Below are positions 45,688 to 54,583 of a stretch of DNA of 54,583 bases, one piece after another; position 1 is the stretch's first letter, and every line of letters starts with the position of its first letter. Made by a program: the position numbers and the translations under genes. Origin of the DNA: Minisyncoccota bacterium (GTDB taxonomy: Bacteria; Patescibacteriota; Minisyncoccia; Phycocordibacterales; UBA9973); NCBI GenBank assembly GCA_036517215.1, contig DATDXF010000026.1:1-54583 (forward strand). Reading direction: 5' to 3'. The notes beneath the pieces were generated by a model. That model ran no database searches and was not told the DNA's origin. It saw only the letters and a list, made by a program, of their open reading frames with translations.

Positions 45688-48486
45688 CTATTTTAAAAGA
45701 TTAGTAATAGTAGACTTGACTGTTATTTTTTCAGTTGGAACGATTGCATATCGCCAGGATTTCGCTATCCCGTACTTTCCAACATTTTTTGAAACTAGTT
45801 CGCAATATTTATCTGCTGTTTTCTTCTTCTCTTGCACATCTAGATTATTTATCTCTTCATTTGGTTTTACCTCAATCATTACTATTTCATGTTCAAATTC
45901 AACTACAAAATCTGGTTCATAGCGATGTTGTGAGTTACCAAATTCATCACGCCAGTAAAGGCCCTCAAATTGATTAGGTGCTGGCCTGAGCCAATCTTCC
46001 ACTTCTTCCTCTCTGTCTAAAAGATATGCCATTCGTGCCTCATCAGAAGAATCAAATTTATACATTGAGTGACAAGCTTTCTTGAACCCAGTATAAATTT
46101 TATCTTTTGAAAATCGATCAAGTTGTGATTCTAGTGTAACGGGTTTTTCATCAAAACTTCGAGAAATATTGTATTGCTCTAGATAAGGTTTTGATTCACG
46201 AATACCAGAATCAGAATAATTCTCTAGCTTATATTCTTTATGCATTAATATCTGATCATATATCTCTTTGGCGATTTGACGATAATTATTTTCAACCACC
46301 ATTTTTAAGGCGTTATCATCGCTAACGAATGACTTATAGTGCAGTACTGCTTGATTAGTAAGTTTACGTAACAATTCTGTTTGATTTGGATCATCATAAT
46401 CAACAAGAGGTTCTTCTACAAGAGCAGAAATAATAGTACTTTCTGGACTTTGAGTACGGCCCTCTCCTAAACTTGAGACACGAGTAATCTCAACTTCGCT
46501 ATGCCCTTGGTGGGCCACACCAAACAAATCTTTTTCTTCTTGTCCCTGTAAAGCTTGTTCGAGTATTGAAGTATCTACAGCAAATTTACTTAATTTTTTT
46601 ATATCTAAATCAAAATCATGAATGATAAGCTCACCGTGATCAGGTGTAAGTATTAACCTTGGAATTGGAATATTGCGAATTTCAATAGTTTGTTTAGAAA
46701 TACGCCTAATATTTTCCATTTCCTTTATCGCATTCTCACTAAGCGGATTAAATAAGGACCCCTCTATGTACGGAATATCCTTACTAGCTCCTATTTTATT
46801 TGCTTCATTTTTTGCTGTTGCTTCTAGAATCTCAATTACTTTATTTTGAATTGTCGTTGCCTTTACATCCTCTGGCGTGTCTTCTAAGATTACAGAATTC
46901 GTTGCTTGTTTTGCACGTTCTTCGATTTCCTGCATTATAGCTGGACTAGCTTTAATTTGTTCTTGAATATTAGTTACAAACATTGATTGCACCTCGACAA
47001 CTTCCCTAACTACTTTTATGTCTTGCGTAGAAATACTTTCAATATTTGATGGCTGAATAAGATTAGAATGTCTTGCTTCTTCAATGACTTTCGCGTAGTT
47101 ATCATGAGCAACAATCATTACACGATCAACATTTTTCTTTCCAGTTTTTTCTCCATAAGGTAGACGAAGACCACGACCAATCGTTTGTTCTGTTAGTATC
47201 TCTGATGCAGAAGATCGTATAGGTGCGATAGTGTAAATATTTGTAACATCCCAACCTTCCTTTAACATATTTACGTGGATAACAATTTCTACAATATTAT
47301 CTGGATGTTCAAGTGAAATCAATTTTTCTATGTTTTCATCAGTTTCTTCTCCTGTTGTTTTTGTGTGAACCTTTATAACCTTCCCTTTATAAACCCCACC
47401 TCTAAATTTATCACTATCAATTAAATCAAATAAATCATTAGCATGAGTCGTATCTTTTGCTACTACTAACATTACTGGCTTTACTTTTTCTTTATTATTT
47501 TCAGATGCATATTCTTCGAGTGCTATCTTTGCACGCTCGTGAAAAAAAGCGGCAAGTTGTAGTTTTCGTGCATCAGTATCTATTGAATCCTTATCAAACT
47601 GACTAAAGTCAACATCAGCCTCAGTGCCTACCCATGGATCTTTAACATAACCATCACGAATGGCATTACCAAGATTATATGAGAAAAAAATATTCTTCTT
47701 TGTTTCTGGGTGTTTTTCCTTTCCTTTTCCTACCATATTGCCTGTAAATGGTGTAGCAGTGAATTCAAGCCCAAACAAGGGATCTATGCGATCAAGAGAG
47801 CTCATGGCCGCATCAGCGTGATAGTGGTGTGATTCATCCATAAGTATAACAAGGTCATCTAGAGAACTTAGATATTCAAAATATGATTCTCCCAGTGTTT
47901 CGCTAAATTTTGTAATACCTTTTTCTTTTTCTATATCTTTTTGAGCAAACTGTTGAATATTAAATATATTTATTTCTATTTTATTAGCAAAAAGCGTAGC
48001 CATTTGGTTTTGAATATAATTATCTTTTGTAACTATTTTTACATTTGAAATAGTAAGCTCTTCAATTCCTCGAAAAACATATTTTGGATTATTTGATTTA
48101 CTAAAATCATCTACCAATTTACGATAAATAGTATTACCTGGAGCAACAATCATAAAATGCTGTACACCATAGACAAGATAAAGATAAGCGACAAAAGCAC
48201 CCATAAGGCGAGTTTTTCCTACTCCAGTAGCTAGGGCAAATGTATATGCTGGGAAAGTTCTTTCAAAAGCCTGAAACTGTTTCAGTTCTAGTATCTTTTC
48301 AGTATAATCTTTTGTCGAATCTTCAATATCATTGATATTTTTTTTATTTTTACTCTTCGTCCTCTCCAATATTTTTCTGCCAGCTTCACTCTCTAGATAA
48401 TCAGCAAAAAGTACTAAACTCTTTTCTTGTGGAGTTCGGAGACTCATTGTGTTAATTATATATTGTAGGGCTTGTTCTTTTTTCAT
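45688..48486 (-). CDS. res: Type III restriction enzyme Res subunit (SF2 helicase plus C-terminal PD-(D/E)xK nuclease)
   Basis: ATGVGKTRL (motif I), LVILMDESHHY (motif II), EFTATPF (motif III), QTIGRGLRLPY (motif VI), C-terminal YEPDFVVEF...MIEVKP. ATG at 48486 lies 4 nt after the mod stop; the track start at 48573 overlaps mod. Confidence 0.85.
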   Translation of the reverse strand: MKKEQALQYIINTMSLRTPQEKSLVLFADYLESEAGRKILERTKSKNKKNINDIEDSTKDYTEKILELKQFQAFERTFPAYTFALATGVGKTRLMGAFVAYLYLVYGVQHFMIVAPGNTIYRKLVDDFSKSNNPKYVFRGIEELTISNVKIVTKDNYIQNQMATLFANKIEINIFNIQQFAQKDIEKEKGITKFSETLGESYFEYLSSLDDLVILMDESHHYHADAAMSSLDRIDPLFGLEFTATPFTGNMVGKGKEKHPETKKNIFFSYNLGNAIRDGYVKDPWVGTEADVDFSQFDKDSIDTDARKLQLAAFFHERAKIALEEYASENNKEKVKPVMLVVAKDTTHANDLFDLIDSDKFRGGVYKGKVIKVHTKTTGEETDENIEKLISLEHPDNIVEIVIHVNMLKEGWDVTNIYTIAPIRSSASEILTEQTIGRGLRLPYGEKTGKKNVDRVMIVAHDNYAKVIEEARHSNLIQPSNIESISTQDIKVVREVVEVQSMFVTNIQEQIKASPAIMQEIEERAKQATNSVILEDTPEDVKATTIQNKVIEILEATAKNEANKIGASKDIPYIEGSLFNPLSENAIKEMENIRRISKQTIEIRNIPIPRLILTPDHGELIIHDFDLDIKKLSKFAVDTSILEQALQGQEEKDLFGVAHQGHSEVEITRVSSLGEGRTQSPESTIISALVEEPLVDYDDPNQTELLRKLTNQAVLHYKSFVSDDNALKMVVENNYRQIAKEIYDQILMHKEYKLENYSDSGIRESKPYLEQYNISRSFDEKPVTLESQLDRFSKDKIYTGFKKACHSMYKFDSSDEARMAYLLDREEEVEDWLRPAPNQFEGLYWRDEFGNSQHRYEPDFVVEFEHEIVMIEVKPNEEINNLDVQEKKKTADKYCELVSKNVGKYGIAKSWRYAIVPTEKITVKSTITNLLK

Positions 48487-48490
48487 AGTG

Positions 48491-50095
48491 TTATTCTTCA
48501 GATTCGTTTTCTTCTTCGTCAATTTCTTCCATAGCTCTTTCTTTAATAGGTAGTAAATATTCTTTCTTCCCAAATTGACAAGCTTTTAAAATTGACTGAG
48601 GTATTTTTTTGATAGTAATACGAGCATCTACTTTTTCACATCCAGGTTCGAATTTCTTCGGACAAATAAGAAGTGTTTCGTTTTTACCCAAATGACTCGC
48701 AATCTGTTGAGTCATTGCCACAGAAAGCATTTGTGTAGTTATATAGATACTATTATTGCCTTGACCCTTACCATGTTTCCAGTAGTCAGTAGAGCTTGGA
48801 GAAAAAGTGTAATTAGTAAGTTTACACATAGCACGAATAAGTTTTACATCATTATAGTAGCTATCAATAACTGGATTACCGAATTCGTCAATCACCACAA
48901 AGCTCGGTGCTAGTTCATAAAATTTATAGCCTCCGCCACCTTTCCAATCCAAAATTTCTGAAAGTTTTAACCCATCTTTTCCATCTACTACTTTATCTAA
49001 ACGTACTTTACAATGAGTATAAGCATGATCACCCATTTCAATCCCAATTTGTTTTCTACCCATCTTTTGAGCAACAGCTGAGGTAGTTCCAGAACCAAGA
49101 AATGAATCCAGTACTAAATCCCCAGGCTTTGTAGCAATATCAAGAATACGTTTTATAAGTCGTTCTGGTTTTGGAGTACCGAATGGATCATCAGGAACAA
49201 TTATTTTCATTTCTCCTTTGGCTTCTTGGTTATCTCCTACTTCTTCCCTCGGCCAAATTGTCAGAGGAACAATCCCTTGTTTAACTTCTGAAAGAAACTT
49301 CTTAATTCTTGGTACATTTGACCCATTTTCACCAAACCAAATTCTGTTATCCTTTACTAATTCCTTATAACGATCCATTCCGAACTGCCAACTTCTACCT
49401 TTCGGTGGCCAAAATTTTTTGCCTGTGGGGCCTGTTATCTCATATATACATTTTTCGCTAGGTGTTTTGACTTGCATTGGTTGAGACGCCCAAAGCCCTC
49501 TTGGGTCGTTATCAATATTTTCGTAGCCAATTTCTTCTTCGGGCCTTGGTAGTAAATTCCTTTTCCAGTCAAACTTATTTCTTGCATAAACCAAAATATG
49601 ATCATGATTATCAGAAAACCACTTAGCGTCATTAGCTCTTGTATGCTTCTTTTCCCAAATAACATTTGCTACAAAATTTCCTCTTCCAAAAACTTCGTCA
49701 CATAGTACTTTTAAGTAGTGGGTTTCGTCATCATCAATAGAAATCCAAATACTTCCTTGGTCTGGATGTAAGAGTATCTTTAAAAGTTCCAATCTCGGCT
49801 TCATCAATGAAAGCCATGTGCTATGTTCTACACTATCATCGTAATGCTCAAAGGCATTTCCTGTATTATATGGAGGATCAATATAAATACATTTTACTTT
49901 GCCCTCAAATTCAGGCAATAGTGCTTTGAGGGCAAGTAAATTATCACCATGAATAATCATATTCTCACTATCTTTATCACCATATGACAAATCGGTTCGT
50001 TCTTCTAAAATTCGTGGCTCAATATTAGCAATATCATATTCGGGATTGTTTTTACCTATCCATGTAAGTTCTAGTTTTTGTTTGTTATTGCTCAT
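48491..50095 (-). CDS. mod: Type III-like DNA methyltransferase Mod subunit (N6-adenine/N4-cytosine, beta class)
   Basis: IYIDPPYNTGNAFEHYDD (motif IV) precedes DSFLGSGTTSAVAQKMGRKQIGIEM (motif I). Confidence 0.85.
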   Translation of the reverse strand: MSNNKQKLELTWIGKNNPEYDIANIEPRILEERTDLSYGDKDSENMIIHGDNLLALKALLPEFEGKVKCIYIDPPYNTGNAFEHYDDSVEHSTWLSLMKPRLELLKILLHPDQGSIWISIDDDETHYLKVLCDEVFGRGNFVANVIWEKKHTRANDAKWFSDNHDHILVYARNKFDWKRNLLPRPEEEIGYENIDNDPRGLWASQPMQVKTPSEKCIYEITGPTGKKFWPPKGRSWQFGMDRYKELVKDNRIWFGENGSNVPRIKKFLSEVKQGIVPLTIWPREEVGDNQEAKGEMKIIVPDDPFGTPKPERLIKRILDIATKPGDLVLDSFLGSGTTSAVAQKMGRKQIGIEMGDHAYTHCKVRLDKVVDGKDGLKLSEILDWKGGGGYKFYELAPSFVVIDEFGNPVIDSYYNDVKLIRAMCKLTNYTFSPSSTDYWKHGKGQGNNSIYITTQMLSVAMTQQIASHLGKNETLLICPKKFEPGCEKVDARITIKKIPQSILKACQFGKKEYLLPIKERAMEEIDEEENESEE

Positions 50096-50101
50096 AAATC
50101 A

Positions 50102-53053
50102 TTAAACGATTTTCCAACTGATTGTAAATAATGTTTCCATTTTTGACCTTTGTTTCAATTGAGCCTCTATGGTTTCTAACAACTTCTCTTTTCTGCCTTC
50201 TACCTCATCCTGTGCCTCATATAACTTTTTGCGCATTTCGTTCCTTTTCTTCTCAGAATCCTTTATTACTCGCTGAGCTTTAAGTTTATCATCTAAGTTG
50301 ATAATCTTCTTAGCATTTGTTTTGTCTGTCTTAATATCAATATCAAGCTTTTTTAAATCAAGTTCAAGAGCCTTCTTTACATCATCTGACCAATTGTCTA
50401 GCTTATCTACTTCATCATCAAAAAACTCTCCATTTCTTTCCATAATCTGCTGAGATATTACCGAGATGGTTCGTTGTTCAAGTTCCTCTAATTTATTATA
50501 CTCCTCAGGTGAAAATGTTTTTGGTATAACCGATTGAGCAGAAAGTGAAAACAGCTTTTTTATAATATCTGTTTCTATAGACTCTCCAGCTTCATCGATC
50601 GCAGACACAACTACAGCATCTTCTATTTCAAAAGCTTCAACTGTATAATTTGAAACTTTCAAAATGCCACTTTTACCGACTAATGGTCCCAGTACAGAAA
50701 TTATGGATGAATGATTTGAATAGTCAAAAATAATCTCTGCTCCAACAATCTCTTTGGTTTTTATTTCATTTAAAATTTTCTGCGCTAAAGAATGCCCAGG
50801 TCTATACACGTGAGCATCTTCTACATTTTTACCAATTTTATAGGGACCTGGATCTATGTCCTCGTTTGGAAAAGGGTTATTTTTAAGAGTAAAAGAATAT
50901 CCGTGTTCTGCAAAATCAGCATTATCTCCCAAATAGTAACGAGTAACATCCCATAACCAGCGTTCATATGTATCAAGATAAGCCTGACTCTCTCTTTGGT
51001 TAATTCTTAACTTCTCATGAACTTCAGCATCAAAATTCTCTAGAAGCTTTTGTCTCGTATCGGATAAATTACTTTGAATACTTTCGTCCATTTCTTCTTG
51101 AAGCTTATCAAAAGCAGTATTAATATCTTCGGCTGAACGACATGTCTGATAAATGCCAGCAATACGCTTTTCGAAATCAACACCAGACTCAATAGAACCT
51201 AATACTTCATCACTAGCCCCGAATACGCCTTTAAATAATTTAAATTTCTGATCCAGTAATTCGTAGACACGCTGATCAGCTGCATTTTTTCTGTTAACAA
51301 AATTAATTACAACAACATCATGTTTCTGACCATAACGATGACAACGACCAATACGCTGTTCAATTCGTTGCGGATTCCAAGGTAAATCGTAGTTAATAAC
51401 CAAAGAACAAAATTGTAAATTTACACCTTCTGCTCCAGCTTCAGTAGCAATCATTATTTCTGCTTCATCTCTAAAATATTCAATCAGTGCGGCACGAGTA
51501 TCAGCTGATTTTGAACCAGTTATTTTATCAGTGTCCTTATTTTTTGCTAGCCAGTTTTTATATATTTCTTTAGATTTTTCGTCATTATTTGAACCATTGA
51601 ATAAAACAATTTTATCTTTATAACCACTATTAGCAAGAAGAGTCTCAGCTAGATATCGTTGTGTAATTGTTGATTCAGTAAAAATTATAGCTTTCTTTTT
51701 AGCACCTAGTTCAGCAGTCATTTCAAACCCTTTTTTTAGTGCAATAAGCAAGGCATCTCCCTTGGAGTTAGTATATATTGCTTGTGCGAGATCCCTAAAC
51801 TTTTCTAAATCAGCTTTTTCTTGCTCCATTAATAAAATGTCTTCTTTTGTTAGATCTATCTGCTCTTTCTCCTTTGCATCATTCTCATCTTTCTCTTCAT
51901 CGTCAATCCATTCATCGGATATTTCATCAAAGGCTTCAAAATTTTGTTCAACCCCCGCTGTATCATTGCCTTCATTTGGTATTTTAGCTTTTGTGTCGAC
52001 TATTACTTGATTTAGCTTAAATACTAATTTATCTAAAGTACTCGCGATAGCAAAAGAAGACGATGCTAAAAGTTTACGCAGAATAAGTGTCATAAGTTGT
52101 CGTTGACTAAAAGGAAGAGCGTATAGTCTCGGTCGTTGAAGGTATTCAGACATTCCATCATATAGCTCAACTTCTTGTTCAGTGGGAACATAGTCCTGTG
52201 TTATAGGTTTTCGTTCGGTGTAATTTATATACTCTAAAACTTGTCTACGAAGTGTGCGAATACAAACTGGCTTTAAACGATTGCGTAAATCGACAAACAT
52301 TTCTTGCTTTGGCTCAACAAAACCAACTTCACTTTCGTATATATCTTGCTCACGAGAAACTCGTGCATAATTTGCTTTAAAACTTTTAAGATCACCAAAC
52401 ACATGATCATCAATAATGCTCACAAGACCGTAAAGTTCAAGCAAGGAGTTTTGTAAAGGAGTTGCAGTGAGTAAAATTTTTGGCACTTCGACTAATGCGT
52501 TCTTTATTTCTCGTGCAATCTTGTTCTTTGTTTTATATACATTACGTAGACGATGCGCTTCATCTATGACTGCTAAATCCCATTTTGTCTGTTTTATGTA
52601 TGGAGATTTTGATCGAGCAAAATGATAGGAACAGATAACAATTTTATCTTCCTGGTTAAATGGATTCAAGTTTCCATTTTTTATGTATTGATTAAAAGAT
52701 TTTGCTTCAAGGATTATTGAAGGTAGGAAGAATTTCTCTGAAAGTTCATCATTCCATTGTTTTCGTAAGCTAGAAGGAACGATTAAAAGAATGCTTCTCT
52801 TTCTTTCTGCCCACTTTTGAGATAGGACCAGTCCAGCCTCGATTGTCTTTCCAAGACCAACTTCGTCAGCTAAAATTGCACCCTTTGAGAGTGGAGAACG
52901 GAAAGCGAAAAGGGCCGCCTCAATCTGATGAGGGTTTAAATCAACTTGAGCATTTGATAATGTTGAAGAAAGTTTCTCTAAACTATTAGAAGAGCAGCGT
53001 TTTGTCAGCTCATATGCAAAGTATTTGGCGTGTTGATCGGTGATTTTTACCAT
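50102..53053 (-). CDS. SNF2-family helicase/translocase with a ~350-aa uncharacterised C-terminal region and a coiled-coil tail
   Basis: LADEVGLGKTIEAG, VIDEAHRLRN, LLLTATPLQNSLLELY, DLPWNPQRIEQRIGRCHRYGQ. Stop codon lies 6 nt before the mod start. Confidence 0.85.
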   Translation of the reverse strand: MVKITDQHAKYFAYELTKRCSSNSLEKLSSTLSNAQVDLNPHQIEAALFAFRSPLSKGAILADEVGLGKTIEAGLVLSQKWAERKRSILLIVPSSLRKQWNDELSEKFFLPSIILEAKSFNQYIKNGNLNPFNQEDKIVICSYHFARSKSPYIKQTKWDLAVIDEAHRLRNVYKTKNKIAREIKNALVEVPKILLTATPLQNSLLELYGLVSIIDDHVFGDLKSFKANYARVSREQDIYESEVGFVEPKQEMFVDLRNRLKPVCIRTLRRQVLEYINYTERKPITQDYVPTEQEVELYDGMSEYLQRPRLYALPFSQRQLMTLILRKLLASSSFAIASTLDKLVFKLNQVIVDTKAKIPNEGNDTAGVEQNFEAFDEISDEWIDDEEKDENDAKEKEQIDLTKEDILLMEQEKADLEKFRDLAQAIYTNSKGDALLIALKKGFEMTAELGAKKKAIIFTESTITQRYLAETLLANSGYKDKIVLFNGSNNDEKSKEIYKNWLAKNKDTDKITGSKSADTRAALIEYFRDEAEIMIATEAGAEGVNLQFCSLVINYDLPWNPQRIEQRIGRCHRYGQKHDVVVINFVNRKNAADQRVYELLDQKFKLFKGVFGASDEVLGSIESGVDFEKRIAGIYQTCRSAEDINTAFDKLQEEMDESIQSNLSDTRQKLLENFDAEVHEKLRINQRESQAYLDTYERWLWDVTRYYLGDNADFAEHGYSFTLKNNPFPNEDIDPGPYKIGKNVEDAHVYRPGHSLAQKILNEIKTKEIVGAEIIFDYSNHSSIISVLGPLVGKSGILKVSNYTVEAFEIEDAVVVSAIDEAGESIETDIIKKLFSLSAQSVIPKTFSPEEYNKLEELEQRTISVISQQIMERNGEFFDDEVDKLDNWSDDVKKALELDLKKLDIDIKTDKTNAKKIINLDDKLKAQRVIKDSEKKRNEMRKKLYEAQDEVEGRKEKLLETIEAQLKQRSKMETLFTISWKIV

Positions 53054-53142
53054 ATTTCATATCATTTTTAATAGAGTCCAAATAAAAACTTCATAAAATA
53101 TAACACTTTTTAAGCTTTAAAACAATGGTATAATCCTTAATA

Positions 53143-53394
53143 ATGTATTACCTTTATATTCTTAAATGCGCTGATAAGACTCTTTATACTGGCATCACCA
53201 CAGATTTAAAGCGCAGAGTTATTGAACACAACAGTGGTAAATTAGGTGCAAAGTATACATCTTCTAGGCGACCTGTTAAAATGGTTTATTCCAAAAAGTT
53301 TAAGGACAGGTCAGTTGCCTCCAAGGAAGAAGCTAGGATTAAAAAGCTGAAGAGAAGTAAGAAATTAGAATTAATCAAAGCCAATGGATCATAA
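53143..53394 (+). CDS. GIY-YIG (URI) domain protein, UPF0213/YhbQ-like
   Basis: YYLYILKCADKTLYTGITTDLKRRVIEHNSG...RPVKMVY...A.KEEARIKKL. Extended -10 TGGTATAAT lies upstream. Confidence 0.8.
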   Translation: MYYLYILKCADKTLYTGITTDLKRRVIEHNSGKLGAKYTSSRRPVKMVYSKKFKDRSVASKEEARIKKLKRSKKLELIKANGS

Positions 53395-53557
53395 ATTACC
53401 GCTAAAAGCACATAAGGAGTTAAAAGAAATTCTGCGAAAACAATTCAAGGGTAAATATCCTGAAGAATTGATTGATGATCTAGGTTTAACCTTTCTTAAT
53501 CTATCAGTAATTGCCCTTAAAAGAAAAAACAGAAAAAGTAGGCTGAGTGTAGTATAA
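53384..53557 (+). CDS. Possible small ORF (57 aa), below the ORF-track length cutoff
   Basis: The ATG overlaps the GIY-YIG stop (ATGGATCATAA). MDHKLPLKAHKELKEILRKQFKGKYPEELIDD... No homology recognised. Confidence 0.25.
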   Translation: MDHKLPLKAHKELKEILRKQFKGKYPEELIDDLGLTFLNLSVIALKRKNRKSRLSVV

Positions 53558-53610
53558 CTAGATTAGTATTTTTTATAAAATTATGTTATAATGTATCTAC
53601 AACTGAATAG

Positions 53611-53718
53611 TTTGTATCAAGAGTGGCGGTAGAGAATTGGCTCAGTGACCCCACAGCAACCTGCAATTGCAAGGTGCTAAATCCAACCAGACACACAAGT
53701 GTCAGGAAAGATAAGTTT
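53611..53718 (+). promoter_or_regulatory. SAM-I (S-box) riboswitch aptamer
   Basis: TATCAAGAG-TGGCGG...AGTGA...GCAACC-TGCAATTGCAAGG-TGCTAAATCC-AACCAGACACACAAGTGTCAGG-AAAGATAAG matches the S-box core (P1 TATC/GATA, J1/2 AAGAG, k-turn UGA, GCAACC, GUGCUAAAUCC, GAAAGAUAAG). Loop UUGGC can pair with GCUAA (pseudoknot). Extended -10 TGTTATAAT at 53584-53592. Confidence 0.8.
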
Positions 53719-53737
53719 ACGTCTAGTCCACGTGAAA

Positions 53738-53769
53738 ATCTTTCCTCTTTATTAGAGGATTTTTATTTT
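53738..53769 (+). terminator. Riboswitch expression platform: intrinsic terminator with a competing antiterminator
   Basis: TCCTCT-TTATT-AGAGGA plus TTTTTATTTT. AGGAAAGAT (53704-53712, 3' side of P1) is the exact complement of ATCTTTCCT (53738-53746, 5' side of the terminator). Confidence 0.65.
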
Positions 53770-54027
53770 ATGGGGAAAATACCAGAAGGTTTAATTAAGT
53801 GTGGAGCGTGTGGGGAGTATAAAGGTAAAGTAATAGAAGATGACGAAGAAGGGTATATTGGCGTATCTTGTCTTTGTGATGGTATTCCATGCCCTAAATG
53901 TAAAATCAATAAAATTCATAGGCCGATATCAAATTCTTATGATGAGATCAATAATAGTATCGGACACTGGCCATATTTTTCAGGAATGATGCCATGTAAT
54001 GAGTGTAAAAACATTAAAAAAGAATAA
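53770..54027 (+). CDS. Small Cys-rich zinc-ribbon-like protein (85 aa)
   Basis: ATG at 53770, directly after the terminator. CGAC, CLC, CPKC and CNEC motifs. The track ORF start at 53623 is a GTG inside the riboswitch and is rejected. Confidence 0.55.
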   Translation: MGKIPEGLIKCGACGEYKGKVIEDDEEGYIGVSCLCDGIPCPKCKINKIHRPISNSYDEINNSIGHWPYFSGMMPCNECKNIKKE

Positions 54028-54031
54028 ACAT

Positions 54032-54433
54032 ATGAAAAAAATAACAATACTTTCAAAATCTGAGGTAAAGAAAATAGATTCAAGTTATGTTCGTGGTGTA
54101 GATAAGTGGCGCAGAATGTATGCTGGGGTAGCTTCTAATTTAGAAAGATATGAAAAAGACATCATTTATCTAAAGATAGAAAATACAGAAAAACAATTTC
54201 CTTCAGACTATGGAACTGCGCTGAAGATTGCTAAAAGTTGGAAAGAATTCAATAAAGAATTGCGTAATGCTAAAGGGTTTACAGTTTCTTTTTATAGTAC
54301 TAAATCAACTGGCTTTGTGCTTAATCATGAGGACATAAAAGATGAAGATAAAATCAAACAAGTAGTAGAAGAACTTAAATCAGCAGGAAAACAAAAATCA
54401 GAACGTATAAGTACTTTTCCTGGGTTTCTTTAG
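54032..54433 (+). CDS. Hypothetical protein (133 aa)
   Basis: ATG at 54032, 4 nt after the upstream stop, so probably co-transcribed. No family recognised. Confidence 0.5.
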   Translation: MKKITILSKSEVKKIDSSYVRGVDKWRRMYAGVASNLERYEKDIIYLKIENTEKQFPSDYGTALKIAKSWKEFNKELRNAKGFTVSFYSTKSTGFVLNHEDIKDEDKIKQVVEELKSAGKQKSERISTFPGFL

Positions 54434-54583
54434 TATTTGCAACTAAGCGTCTGCGGGCAAGACCGCAAAAACATAATTCGCATTTACAAGACAAACCACG
54501 AAAGAAACATATGTCCAAACATAGATATACGCATACAACAAGAAAATGGGATATCGGGACCAAGTAAAAAAGGTAGCACCAAG

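Larger units (their letters stand above)
40504..54583. other. AT-rich accessory (defence) island; right end not reached in this window
   Basis: The composition becomes visibly more AT-rich immediately after mltG. Content switches to R-M, helicase and nuclease genes plus unknowns. No integrase or flanking direct repeat seen. Confidence 0.6.

Noticed and set aside
53623-53769. Upstream part of ORF 53623..54027 (GTG start)
   Set aside because: This stretch is the SAM-I aptamer plus terminator. The coding region plausibly starts at ATG 53770.
1-54583. CRISPR arrays, rRNA genes, IS elements, integrases, alternative genetic code
   Set aside because: I noticed no regularly spaced direct repeats, no rRNA signatures and no transposase- or recombinase-like ORFs. 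Conserved genes translate cleanly with the standard bacterial code, with TGA used as stop.

Overview
The window comes from a moderately AT-rich bacterial chromosome. Its streamlined gene content looks like CPR/Patescibacteria, but that placement is inference from gene content, not from any marker search. Positions 1 to ~40.5 kb are core genome: partial rnr; rpsP, a KH-domain gene and trmD; a tightly packed rpoB-rpoC-dnaG-rpoD block; a thiol-redox/GT2 envelope cluster; tRNA-Thr; tsf-rpsB; proS-mreB-mreC; a 581-aa Cys-rich protein; secreted phage-tail-fibre-like giant proteins flanking tgt; a speA-like decarboxylase; RNase P RNA; and mltG. From ~40.5 kb to the right edge the sequence is visibly more AT-rich and reads as an accessory defence island, nearly all on the minus strand. 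The island holds a tight SNF2-helicase / type III Mod / type III Res / T5orf172 operon and a ~1 kb ORF-free spacer with a G+C-richer core. It also holds a tight four-gene operon of uncharacterised proteins, one PIN-like and one PD-(D/E)xK-like. That operon is my best candidate for an undescribed system, possibly acting together with the spacer RNA. To the right of the island genes a well-formed SAM-I (S-box) riboswitch with terminator/antiterminator logic precedes a tiny zinc-ribbon ORF. Other non-obvious signals: a textbook -1 frameshift signal that would fuse a tail-fibre-like protein to an SGNH esterase; short G+C-rich palindromic elements embedded in frame in rpoB, rpoC and rnr; a tgt-5'/mreC-3' chimeric relic marking an old tandem duplication; a partial tRNA duplication; and a strongly G+C-rich lipoprotein gene behind a consensus promoter. 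I saw no CRISPR array, rRNA, integrase or transposase.
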